64,000 nt of DNA from assembly GCA_043228905.1 (NCBI GenBank), contig JBHGNT010000015.1, positions 9,238,001-9,302,000 of the forward strand, in the 5' to 3' direction. This DNA is from Azolla caroliniana. Lineage: Eukaryota > Plantae > Polypodiophyta. The number at the start of each line of letters is the position of its first letter. The first letter of the stretch is position 1. The notes under the pieces are model-generated. The model ran no database searches, was not told where the DNA came from, and saw nothing but the letters and a program-made list of their open reading frames with translations. Below, in pieces: positions 35,255 to 46,839 of the stretch. The position numbers and the translations under genes were made by a program.

Positions 35255-38200
35255 ATGACTAGACCAACGCACGACTTGGTTACAGACCGAGCTCGACGCC
35301 TCGCCGAACGGCAAAGACGGCGTGAGACTTTCCAGCAAGCAGCGCACAAAATTCGCTCGGATCGTTCGTTCTCCAACGAGATCCGGAGAGTCGCGGAGGA
35401 ATCCCTTCGGTTACGGCAAACTCGCGACCAGGACGACGAAAGCAGTCTAAGTAGTCTCCGGGAAACCGAACGCCTCCTCGAGGCGCTGGCAAGCGGAGAA
35501 AACGAGGTAGAAGCCTTTTCAGCCTACGAATCGGATTCCGAAGGGGGATACAGCGTGCACACGAACTACCGGAGCAGCAACGATACCCCCGGCGGCCCGG
35601 AGGACGACGGGTCGGATACCGTGCCGACTCCAGAACCGGAACCGCGCAACCAGGGCTATCCGGAACCGCAAACGGAAGCCGTCAACCCACCAACACCGGA
35701 AGTGGAAGAAGCAAAGCCACCGACACCAACGAAAGAGCCGGCAAAGGTACCGGAAGAAGAGCCGGTGAAGGAACCGGAAAAAGAACCGGAAAAAGCACCG
35801 GCAAAAGAACCGGAAGTGGAACCGGAGAGAAAACCGGAAAGATATCAACAAACGCCACTAAACCGCGGCCTAATACTGGACGACGACATGCCGTTCCAAT
35901 ACTCAAAGTATCGCGATGACCCGGACGCAGAAGCACATGTTCATGACTTCGAGCAGACATGGGAAGCAAATCACATGTCCCAGCGAATGACACCGGAGGA
36001 AGAAGAACGCTCGAAGATAGCGGAATTCGGAGTCACGTTGGAGGGACCGGCGACACGATGGCGGCAGACGCAGGACCCGGCGACCATCACAACCTTTGCA
36101 GAATTAAAAGCAAAATTCTTGCATTTTTTCCACAAGGAGGTCGACCAGACGACAATGGTGGGCCTGTTTTATACGATCCGGCAGGAGGCAGGGGAAAGCA
36201 TTCCCCAATTCGTCATTCGTTTCCAACGAATGCATAGCCAGCTTGCCCGTGCACCCCCGGAGGAGGAATTACGGACGATATTTTTAAACGCACTCCGGGA
36301 ACCGTTACGCACGGTGTGTACGGTGATCGACTTTCGAGGATGCACCATCGACCAGGTCATTGACCGGGTCAGAGAAATGGAAAAGACAAGCTCATGGCTT
36401 ACGCTGGGAACACTGCCACGGGCGTTACCCACCGAGGAAGATCTCCGGTTCCGGCAGGCAATTCAATGCACAATCTGCTTGAATGCCGGACACTCGGCAG
36501 TGGAGTGCACCATGCACACTCAGTGTGTGATTTGTCAATCCAAGAGTCATACAACGGACCGGTGCGAGTACAACCTGTTAAACCGACAAGCACCACCCGT
36601 CCGACGGATCGAGCCAAGAAGCAGCCAAGACGAAGATGAAGATCGTTGGCAAAAAATGAACCGGTACCGACCGGCACAGGATGTCCGGTACGGAGACAGG
36701 CAAGATAATGATGGCCGATACGGGAATCGGCGTGATAACTACGACCGGTATGATCGATCGGACCGTTATCGGGAGCCCAACAGACGACACGAGCAATACG
36801 ACAGAGACCATTCCCCTGGTTACCGAAGGCACCAGGAGGACTACGACCGATTTTACGATCCACCACGACCGGACTACCGAAATAAAAATAAGAATAATAA
36901 GAAACGTAATTTCAAGAAAGGTGGTCACGCTAGGGACCCGGAACAGGGAACCCCAAGGAGCCAACAGGCACAGAACGCACCACTCACTACGGGACCGACT
37001 CCGGCTACCAGCCATGCTGAATCCAGCAATACCCGTAAAGAGTACTGCTACTACTGCAGGCAGGAAGGCCACTACAGTAACCAGTGCCCGGTAAAGAGCT
37101 ACGAGAAACGACCAGCAGTTAATATGGTAGTTCCGGAAGTGGCGGATATACAGCAAGTAACCACACGGTCGAAAGGCATGGCCAAAGAGTGGGAAACACA
37201 AGAGGCCATACGAAAACAGGCGACGGAATGGGTGAAGGAAGCCAATGAAAGGAACGTCGCGGACGCGGAACGGCAAAAGGCGAATACCATAGGGAGTGCC
37301 GGCGGTAGCCACCCAGAAAACGAGACATGGCAAGCACTGCAAGAATGTCAGATCACGTTGCCATTAGGAAGACTCTTACAGCTCGTGCCGCGAATTACGG
37401 AAGGGCTAAAAACGGTCATGACAAACGGTATAGCCCCACCGACACCAGTCCTTTTCTCGAATCCGGAGGAGGGACCGACGGTGGTGGACACTAGTAGTCC
37501 GGTGATTACAGCTATTGTCAAAGGGCACGAACTTCCCGGCATAGTAATCGATGGAGGTTCCGGGGTGAACGTAATAAGCCTCCACACGTGTAATGCATTG
37601 GGTATACATGAATGGGAGCCATGTCCGTTCTGGTTACGGATGGCGGATACGAGCTCGGTACGGCCGACGGGCTTAATACGGAAATTGGAAGTCACCATAG
37701 GAGGCCACACATTTCACATCTCGGCTGTAGTGCTGCAGCTACAGGCGCAAGGCGTGTACCCGCTGTTGCTGGGCAGACCATGGTTGAAAACAACACACAT
37801 CAAGCAAAATTGGCGGAAAAATATGATTACCTTCCGGCGCGGAAAAGCCAAGGTCCGGGTTCCGACACAACCACGGACGAGCAACGGTAAGGAATGCACA
37901 CCGCTATATGCGGAATGCGTGAACATGCTTGAAGGGTTGGCAGACGACGAAGAAGCCCAGTACTTGGAGGAACACCCGAAGATCGTACCACTCTTCGAGA
38001 TTGACGTGGCTGAAGCCGTAGCGCCATACTTGCCGCAGCGGGACGACACCGAAGCCGAACCAGACAAAGATGCGATTCGGGAATTACGGCAAGCACAGGA
38101 AGCGTTGGAACGGGAAATGGCCGTTTCCCAACGGGTAAAAGCATCCCAGCTCGACGAAGTGAACCTAGGAAGCAAGGACGAATCAAAGCCGGTACACATC

Positions 38201-41131
38201 GCCAAAGAAATGAAGCCGGAAGATAAAGCGGCGATGATCAAACTTCTCACGGAGTTTCGCGACGTATTCGCCTGGTCATACGAAGACATGCGAGGGCTGG
38301 ACCCTCAATTATATCAGCATCAGATCCACTTAGGCAAGGACGCGAAACCAGTGGCGCAAAGACGTTACCGAATGAACCCCAACTAGGCCGCCAAAGTGAA
38401 GGAGGAAATCGACAAACTCCTAAGAGTGGGCTTCATCCGGCCGGTAAAGAAAGCGACGTGGCTGAGCCCCATTGTCGTCGTGCCAAAGAAGAACGGTAAA
38501 ATCCGCGTGTGTGTAGATTACAGGAAACTAAACGCCGCCACAATTACAGATGCATTCCCTCTTCCGTTCACGGACGGAGTACTGGATGCCGTTGCCGGTC
38601 ATGAAGTCTATAGTTTTTTAGACGGGTTCAGTGGATACAATCAAATCCGGAGGCACCCTGACGACCAGGAGAAGACAGCGTTCGTCACCGAATGGGGGGT
38701 GTTTGTGGCCGAAGTAATGATGTTCGGCCTAAAAACGGCACCAACAACTTTCCAGCGAATCATCATGGAGATCTTCGGCGAATACATTCCTGCCTTCATG
38801 CAGGTTTTCCTGGATGATTTTGCAGTCTATAGCCGGGGAAAAGACCATTTGCAGCACCTACGGTTATGCCTTGAAAAGTGTAGGTTATACCGGCTAAGCT
38901 TAAACCCAGCAAAATGCATCTTTGGAGTTTCAAGTGGAATATTACTGGGACACATTGTAAGTAAGGAGGGCATTGCGGTCGACCCGGACAAAGTAAATGC
39001 GATACTAGGGGCACCGGCGCCGAAAATGGCCAAAGCACTAAGCCGATTCTTAGGACAGATCCGGTGGCACAGCCGGATGCTCCGTCACTTGGCTGACTTG
39101 GCTACACCATTACACACCGCGGTACATCGGACACCGTTCCAATGGACGGATACGGAGGATAAGGCATACAATGCCCTGAAGGTACTTTTGTCGCAAGCAC
39201 CCGTCGTGCAGCCTCCGGATTGGAGCAAGGAATTTCACGTGTTCGTTGACGCGTCCGACATCGCTATCGGCAGCGCCTTAATGCAACTTACGGAGCCTAA
39301 ATGGTACCGGCCGGTATATTACGCCAGCCGGAAGCTGTCCCAAGCGAAGAAGAACTATTCGACTACGGAACGGGAGGCCCTGGGCATGATCTACAGTGTA
39401 ACAAAGTTTCGTCATTACCTATTGGGAAGGAAGTTCTCCTTTCATGTGGATCACTCGGCGCTCCTGTACTTAGTGTCCAAGGCGTCCCTGACCGGTAAGT
39501 TGGCCCGTTGGACCTTGCTGTTGCAGGAGTTCGAATTCGAGATTTTCCACCGGCCCGGTATCCAGCATGCCGTAGCAGACTACCTGAGCCGGTTAGAGTC
39601 CGGAGAACCAGGCGACGGAGTAGCGGATGAATTCCCGGACGCAGAGTTATTCCGTATCACCCGGGAAACGGCAGCGGACGACACGGTGGCATCAGAAGAT
39701 AGGTGGCTGACAAACATGCACCAGTTCCTAAGCACGGGCCTGCCACCAGAGGAAATGAACCGGGACGAGAGGAAACGACCGGCGGTGCAGAGCCGCAATT
39801 TCTGTCTGTTACGGGACACTCTCTACCACAAAGGAGCAGATGGAATATGGAGACGGGCAGTCCGTAGTGACGAGAAAGAAGTAATCTTACAGGAAGCACA
39901 CTGTGGGGTTGCCGGAGGACACTATGCCGGGGAAGCGACGGCAAGGAAAGTATGGCAGAGCGGCTTATGGTGGCCCACGACGTTAAAAGACGCCGTCAAG
40001 TATGCTAAGGAATGTGACCTATGCCAACGAATGGGCCAGCCTACGGAGCAAGCACGGATGCCACACCAACCGGTACTTCCACTAGAGCCATTCCAGAAGT
40101 GGGGGTTGGATTTTGTCGGACCGTTCAAGCCACCGGCAATGAGAACGGGTAATCGTTATGTCATCGTAGCAACGGATTATTGTACTAAATGGGTGGAGGC
40201 TAAGGCCTTGAGGGACAATACCGCGTCATCCACAGCAAAATTCCTGTACGAGAACATTTGGTGCCGATATGGATGTCCGATTGAATTAATCAGCGACCAA
40301 GGAGGGCACTTCCTCGGCCAGGTAGTGGAAAGCTTAACAACGTTCTATGCCGTGGTTCATAAACGGAGCATACCGTACTACCCACAAGCGAACGGGTTAG
40401 CAGAGTCCACCAACAAAACGCTGCAGAACATTCTCCGCAAAATTGTCAATGAAAACCGGACGGACTGGGACACAAAGCTCCATAGCGCGCTATGGGCGTA
40501 CCGGACGGCATACAAAACAAGTATCCGGACAACGCCGTTCCGGTTAGCGTTCGGCTTAGAGGCGGTCATGCCGGTGGAATTTCAGGTACCAAGCTTACGG
40601 ATCCAACTACGGGAACGGCTGAATGAAAAGAAGTCGGAGGAAATGCGGCTAGCAGCACTATGCGAACTGGAGGAGCAACGGCTGGCCAGCATCCTACACC
40701 TGGAACTGGAGCAACGACGACGGAAAGCGTTCGTTGACCGTCACCGGAAAGGTAACGAAAAGATGTTCGAAATCGGAAAGCCGGTTCTAGTATTCCAAAC
40801 GAGGATGGGCAAGATGCCGGGTAAACTCCGGTTCAGATGGACAGGCCCGTATTGGCTGACACGGGAATACAACGGGTCCTATCAGATAGGGACACTTGCC
40901 GGTGAAGTACTAGGCAAGCGGGTGAACGGATTTCGACTAAAGCCCTATAAAGGACCGATGCCAAAGAACCCGTTTATGCAGCTCACCGGCACTATACCGG
41001 GAACCTGTCCGGGATCGGTACGGATCGGTCCGGAAGAAAAAGACGACGGGGAACCCGTAGCAGAGGCGACGGAAGACACGGCAACCCGTAAGGAAAACGG
41101 TAAGGGTCCGAAGGGACCTACGGATGTGTAA
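35255..41131 (+). pseudogene. Element D gag-pol polyprotein (Gag, 3 CCHC, PR, RT, RNase H, IN) with a single premature TAG at 38384-38386
   Basis: ORFs 35255-38386 and 38396-41131 are in frame; [43 protein letters not shown]; C has NPNYA where D has NPN*A. Confidence 0.95.
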
Positions 41132-41505
41132 GATCACATACCGTCATTAGAAAAAAAAAAAGAAAAAGAAAAAAGAAATCATTAAAAATCGAGGTATGAA
41201 CGGACGTGAAAGCAAGGAGCGAAAAGGTACGAAGTGGGCATTTAAGAGGCGCCACGCTACTTAATACTAAATTGGTACACGACATGTTCATACTCGAAAA
41301 AGGCGCCAAAACTCACAAAGAAGAAGCAGAACGCATGGAGACCTTTTCATTTCGCGAGCCAAGAAGCACAGAAGCACCAAGGCAGTGGAAGCTGAGCAAA
41401 CGCGAACCTGCACGCAGAGAACCCCCACGTTCAGAGCGCTCTCTCTCTCGTCCTCACTCTCATCACCACTCTACCTCGCCATCTTTCCTCGACCTCGAAG
41501 CAGAC

Positions 41506-44204
41506 ATGGAACCACAAACGCTGTCGGAAGCGGCCAGGAAATGGTTCAGGCAACACGGACTGGAGGGGTTCTTGGCCATCATGGAGGCACCGCCGCACAG
41601 AGAAGCCGACCGGGTCATCAAGGAGCTCGACACAAAAGTCATCACCGAGGAAGCGATCCGTGCGCTAACAGGCCTTCCGGAGGGAGGTATCTTTCAGATC
41701 GATAACCCAACCTCGGAGCAACTCATCCGATATTTCGGTGAGTACTCTGTTGCCGGCAAAGGCTATCGAACGCAGGGCGGCGAAGATCCGCTATTCCGGG
41801 AGATAGCTCGAGTGCTCCATGAGTACGGCCACGTGTACCCCCGACCCCCTGTCATGCCAAAAAATCGGGCAGGGATGATCATAGCCACCTATGAAGGGAC
41901 CAAGGTGGATTGGCCGGTGTTGATTGCAGACGGTTTGTGCGTGGCAATCGACATGGTACGAGGAAAGGACGGCAAGGAGGGCCGGAAGCTGTGGCATGCC
42001 GTAGCTCAGTGGATAACATTGCTCGTGCCGCCGGTCGAGACCGTTCAGCCAAAGAAGCGGCCAAGAGTATCGGAAGGAAGCACCTCGAAGCCGACGTCCA
42101 AACGACAGCAGCTGCTGGCGTCGAAGGCGACGAAAGGGAAGAAACGGCTCTCAGAACCAGAGGAGGTGTCACCGGTCCGACCCGTTAAGATAACCATACG
42201 GCGACCGGACAGAAGGAACCGGAACCCTTGATGGCACAGAAACATGCCGTTACACAGGAAGAGGAAACGGAGGAGCCAGAAGAGCACCTCCAACGACGGT
42301 CTAGAAGTAGGACCGCCGAGACAGGAGGGGAGCGGTCGTACCCGCGAGAGGCAGAAACGCCCCCAACTCAACCTGAGCAAACCACAAGGGAGGAACCGGA
42401 ACCGGTGCGTAGGGAACCGGTCTTGTCGACTTCTATAGAAGAAGTCATTCCAACGGCTCCGGAGACGGCGAGAACCGGAACTCAACAGCCGGCGAGCCCA
42501 GCCAGCACACACGGCGGCCAAGGAGTAGAACCAGAACGGCATATGCAGGCACTCAGGCCAGACAATTCCACAGTGAATGAGCCGACCCGACCAGTACAGC
42601 AACAAGGCACCAGTAGCATGTGGCTACAGTGGGTAGGCGAGCAAATCGCCGGAGCGGTCGAGTATATAGAGGCGGAAGAGAGAGCGCACCAGGAACGGTT
42701 GCTCGTCACAACCGTAGATCTAGAGACGGCCCGGTCCAGAATCCGGAGCCTTGAACAAGACTTGGACAGGGTCACAAGGGAAATGGCTCAATTGGCTTTG
42801 ACAACACAAGTCCAAGCACCGGTGACTCCGGGCAATGTACAGAATAAAGCGGCAGATCAACCTGTACATAGCAAGCAGACCCCGGCAACGGAAACCGTTC
42901 CAGAGAGAAATGCGGCACAAGCCCAAGAGCTTGCGGATTTAAAGGATGAGCTAGCTGCCCAAGAAGCGCTGAGGAGCCGCGAAAGAGAATTGAAGACGGC
43001 AGCGGAGGCAGAACTCAAAAAGACTGCTGAGAATCTACGCCGGGCCGAGGAGAGCTTACGGAAAGGCCACCAAGCGTACGACCGGCTCAAGGAGGAGAAG
43101 GAGAAAATGCTGCAAGAGAAGGAGAGGCTCCGGAGAAACGCCGAAACAGAAGTAGAGCGCCTGAAAGAGGAACTAAGGCAAGTAAAGGACCGGGAGGACC
43201 GGAACCATCGCCAGATCAACGGCAAGCTGAAACAAAAAACGGAGGAATTTGAGCAATTGCACCGGGAGTATAAACGGTTGCAAACGGAGCACAAGGAACG
43301 GACGGATGAGCTCCGGCAAGCAGTTGATCGGACCGCAACCGCATTCGCCAAGGAACAAGCGGAAACCAGAAGACGGTTGGAAGAGGCGGAGAAGGTTCGG
43401 ACAGAGCTCCTCAGGCAACAGCAGGCGGAAAAAGAAAGAGCGGCGGAGGTACTGCAGAGGCTGCAAACGACATATCAAGGGCAGCTGACGCGCTACAGAG
43501 AGCAGGCGGAGGATACGGCGAATCTCATCAAGCAGTTGAAGGAGGAGCGACAAGTGGTGGAAAGCAGAGCACAAATGGGAGCAAGTCGCATCCAGGATAT
43601 CATGCGGGCCTGGTTGAACCAGACCAAGAGCTTGATTGACAACGGGTCCGTCAAATGGTGGACCAAGTGGGCCACGAACGCGGCGGAACTCCAATTGCTC
43701 CGGGCTGACGTAGAGAACCGGCGGAAGGAGGGAGATGATTGCTATATGCTGACTTCCGAAGACTTCACCGGCATAAGAGATGAGCTTGCCGAAGACTTTC
43801 AAGCCTTGGCAGATGACCAACTAGGGCAGGTCCGACAACTTGTAGCTCAGCTGGACGACGACAGGCTGGAGGCGCAGATCCAGTTTGAAAGCTACGAGAG
43901 GTCCCGGATCCGGGGAGAGAAAGAACGAGAACCGGTTACGGTCAACCTCAGTGATGAGGAACCGTTACTGGAAGGAGACCGGACCGGAAGCAGTCAAACG
44001 GAGATGCCGGAGTCAGAGAGACAAACGGAGCAGCCGGAGTCAGCGAAACAAACGGAGCAGCAGCAGCAAGCAGAGCAGCCGGAGCAGCCTCAGGCCCAAC
44101 CACAACCACAGCAGCAGCAGCAAGCACAGCCACAACAACCACAACCGGAAGAACAAGTGGAAATTCTTGAACAAAGTATTTTGAACAATTTGGGTGAACA
44201 ATGA
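41506..44204 (+). pseudogene. Element D extra ORF (~900 aa, one frameshift near 42230): conserved N-terminal domain, acidic linker, long coiled coil
   Basis: ORFs 41206-42231 (Met at 41506 aligns with the C homolog start) and 42228-44204. Confidence 0.8.
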
Positions 44205-44216
44205 AGGGGCCGAGAA

Positions 44217-44254
44217 GGGTTCGACGTACAAGGTACTGTCCCACGGGCGTGCCA
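44217..44254 (-). promoter_or_regulatory. Antisense bipartite tRNA-Arg binding site at the PPT position (element D)
   Basis: Plus strand GGGTTCGA-cgtacaaggtact-GTCCCACGGGCGTGCCA, 2 nt before the 3' LTR. Confidence 0.8.
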
Positions 44255-44256
44255 TG

Positions 44257-44675
44257 TGTTACCGGCCGGCAAGGAGTCCAAAATACGGAGTGAAGGAATT
44301 AATTAAATATGGTTGTAAATGAGCATAGTGTGGACAGACGGACTGGAAACGGTATGCCGTTCCAGATCCGGACGGATCCTGAATAGGTGCGATAGGCACC
44401 GTTTTGTACTACGGGCCGGAAACCTATTTAAAGGCCCGGACCCCATTGTAATCGGAGCGGATAATTAATAGAGCTTATGATGTTTATACTTCTATCTTGA
44501 TTTCCGTTCTGTAATTACTGTTATATCTTACGCGTGTAATTAACCAAAGCAATCTAATCGTGTAACCTACGTAAGTCGGTGTAGTCGTTGAATCTTAATC
44601 CTATGCCGTAATCACCCTTTGGTGAAGTGTCTCCGTGACACCTTGTGTTAGGCCTTGTCCGGTCAGAGAATAACA
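44257..44675 (+). repeat. Element D 3' LTR
   Basis: Near-identical to 34785-35203. Confidence 0.97.
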
Positions 44676-44680
44676 GTCCA

Positions 44681-46507
44681 CAACTGGGATTCCTTTGCAT
44701 GTTGTTCTTCTAATTTCCCCATTTCATTGTTTAGGCGGATTTCGAGATGATGCCTTCTTGTCTGTTCGACCACCAGCTGCTCGTTGAACCATACCTTCTT
44801 TTTCTCTAATAAGGCTCGGAGTTCTGCGATTGCCGCCTACGATTTCTTCGCTTCATCCCGTAATTGGGCATTTTTGTCTTTTGTTCGGATGTGCTGAGCT
44901 ACCTCCGTAGCGAGTTTCTCTTCAATGGTTTTTACTGCCTTTCGGCCGTTAGCCCGGATCTCCTTTTCTCTGTCTGAGGATTGGCGCAGTTTAGCTCGAA
45001 GGCGGTCAATTTTTGATTCCGCTAATTGCACGACCCTTTTCGCTTTTGAGGTGACGGTAGTCTGAGCCTCAATTTCTTCTTTCAAAGCGTCGATGGAATG
45101 GTTTGGTGGCGGAGTTGCGTGTTGCGCTGTAGTCGCGTTAGCTTCCAACTCCGCGATGCGTTCGTTGGCTTTTTGCAGCTCGGCTTGGGTCATTTTCACC
45201 TTCTTCTAGACATTCTTATTTTTAATGGCCATCTCCTTGGCGCCCGTGCTGACCTTTGCCAGTTCCCTATGGACTTCGACTAGGGCTGTGTTTAATGATG
45301 GTAGCTCCATCCCCACTCGGCGTACCCCGACATTCCTCTGTCTGCCGACCTTGGCTAGCTGGTCCTCATCGTCACTCTCCGCCGTTTGTGTTAGGGCGCG
45401 CTCCATCATCTGGCGCTCCGCGTGCTCCTCGGCCATTTGTTGGGAGGCTTTTATCTGTTGTGTTGCCAGGAATTCCATGAGCTCAAAAGAGGTTCCAAAC
45501 TGTAAGAGGGCGCTAAACTCATGGGCCATATCCAGGATATTTGGATATGCCAAAACCTCTCTTTCCGCCGTCAATATGGCTTTCCCTCATTGGGATTGGG
45601 TCGTAATGATCGGTCGTGGCTCCCAGATGATTTCGAAGGTGGTATTGGGCTCCGTAGCTGCGGAGCCATCGCCTTCGGTCGTTGTCTCTACCGCCGTGGG
45701 GACGTCTTTGACCAATCCCCGCCCATCTTTCCTGTCCAATCTATGCCGTTTTGGTCTAGGGCTATCCTGTCGTGTTTCGGTGTCTGGATTTGGGGCTGCT
45801 TCCACGGAACGTGCTGGCTGTTCCTCCTATGTTGTCCGTGTGTCGGGCTAGGCGGGAGGTGTTGTCCGCGTGTCTGGCTGGGCGGGTTGGGGTTCCTCTT
45901 CCCACTCTAGGGCCGCTAACTCCGCTAACCTGTGCTTCGCGGATCGGGGCTGGGGCGTGGGCGTGGGTCGGCTGGGCTGCAGTGCCGACAGGTCTCGGGG
46001 TGGGAATAGTACCGTAAGGTACTGTTGTATGATCGGCCTGAGCTTTTTGCCTGCCTGATACGCATGCAGGCCTTCCCTTAACGCTGGCCCTGTGATGACC
46101 CCCCAATCAATCGCACACCCTTCAAAGGTATCGATAATGATGCCCGCCTTCTGCTTGGGCATCCCATATGGGTTGACATGTACGCAGTCGACCTCTAATA
46201 GGAACTTGGCAACTTCACGGAAGAAGGGATCCGGGATCTGCTTCGTTCTATAGGCCTTGGCGGAGGAGGAATATGGCCCGAAATATCGCTACAGTGCCTC
46301 TACAGGAGGGATTTCGAAATGTCTTTCGCCTAGCGATGACAGGTCCAACTTTTTCCGGATGGAAGAGTTGGTGACCGTGTTGATGTTAAGCTTCCTGGCA
46401 ATGTCCATGGCATCCGGGTGTGGGGGTGCCTCTGTGACCTGGATGTACCCATCCAGGTGTTTCTCCACGAGCCATCGGCGTAAGGCCGTAGAGATGAAGA
46501 TCGGCAT
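44681..46507 (-). pseudogene. Element C extra ORF, N-terminal and coiled-coil part
   Basis: LRRWLVEKHLDGYIQVTEAPPHPDA and MPKQKAGIIIDTFEGCAIDW align with the D extra ORF. Confidence 0.8.
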
Positions 46508-46839
46508 CGCCAGAGTAGGTTCGTGGGAAGGAGACTAGTAGTTGCGGTGGGCTGGAGCTCTGTGATAGGATGGAGGAGAAGGTGAGGGGGAGGGGCGATG
46601 GGAGCATTGATAGTTAGAAGGTGGGTTTCTGTTTTGTGCAAAAGATCTTCTATTTCCTTCTTTTTGTAGCTTAGGGTTCGCTGGGCGGTGAGCCATCGTG
46701 GTGCCGCGTTTTCTTGAACTAGGAGTCTGTGCATGCATTTAGTCTTTTTAATAGTGTCGCTATCTTCTCTCTCTTTTTTTTTTTCCTAACGGTTATATAC
46801 AACCTATTTTTACATTATGGTATAAGTGGGACCGTCCAT

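Larger units (their letters stand above)
34785..44675 (+). mobile_element. Element D: young, nearly intact non-chromovirus Gypsy with an extra 3' ORF
   Basis: 419-bp LTRs (3 differences seen by eye), TSD GTCCA (34780-34784 / 44676-44680). Confidence 0.97.

Noticed and set aside
38384-38386. Programmed stop-codon readthrough between gag-PR and RT in D
   Set aside because: The homologous codon in C is Tyr (NPNYA), so a point mutation is the simpler explanation
44217-44254. tRNA gene or tRNA-derived SINE
   Set aside because: Only the T-arm and acceptor 3' strand are present, with CCA and an insert; no A-box, D-arm or anticodon arm; fixed position next to LTRs
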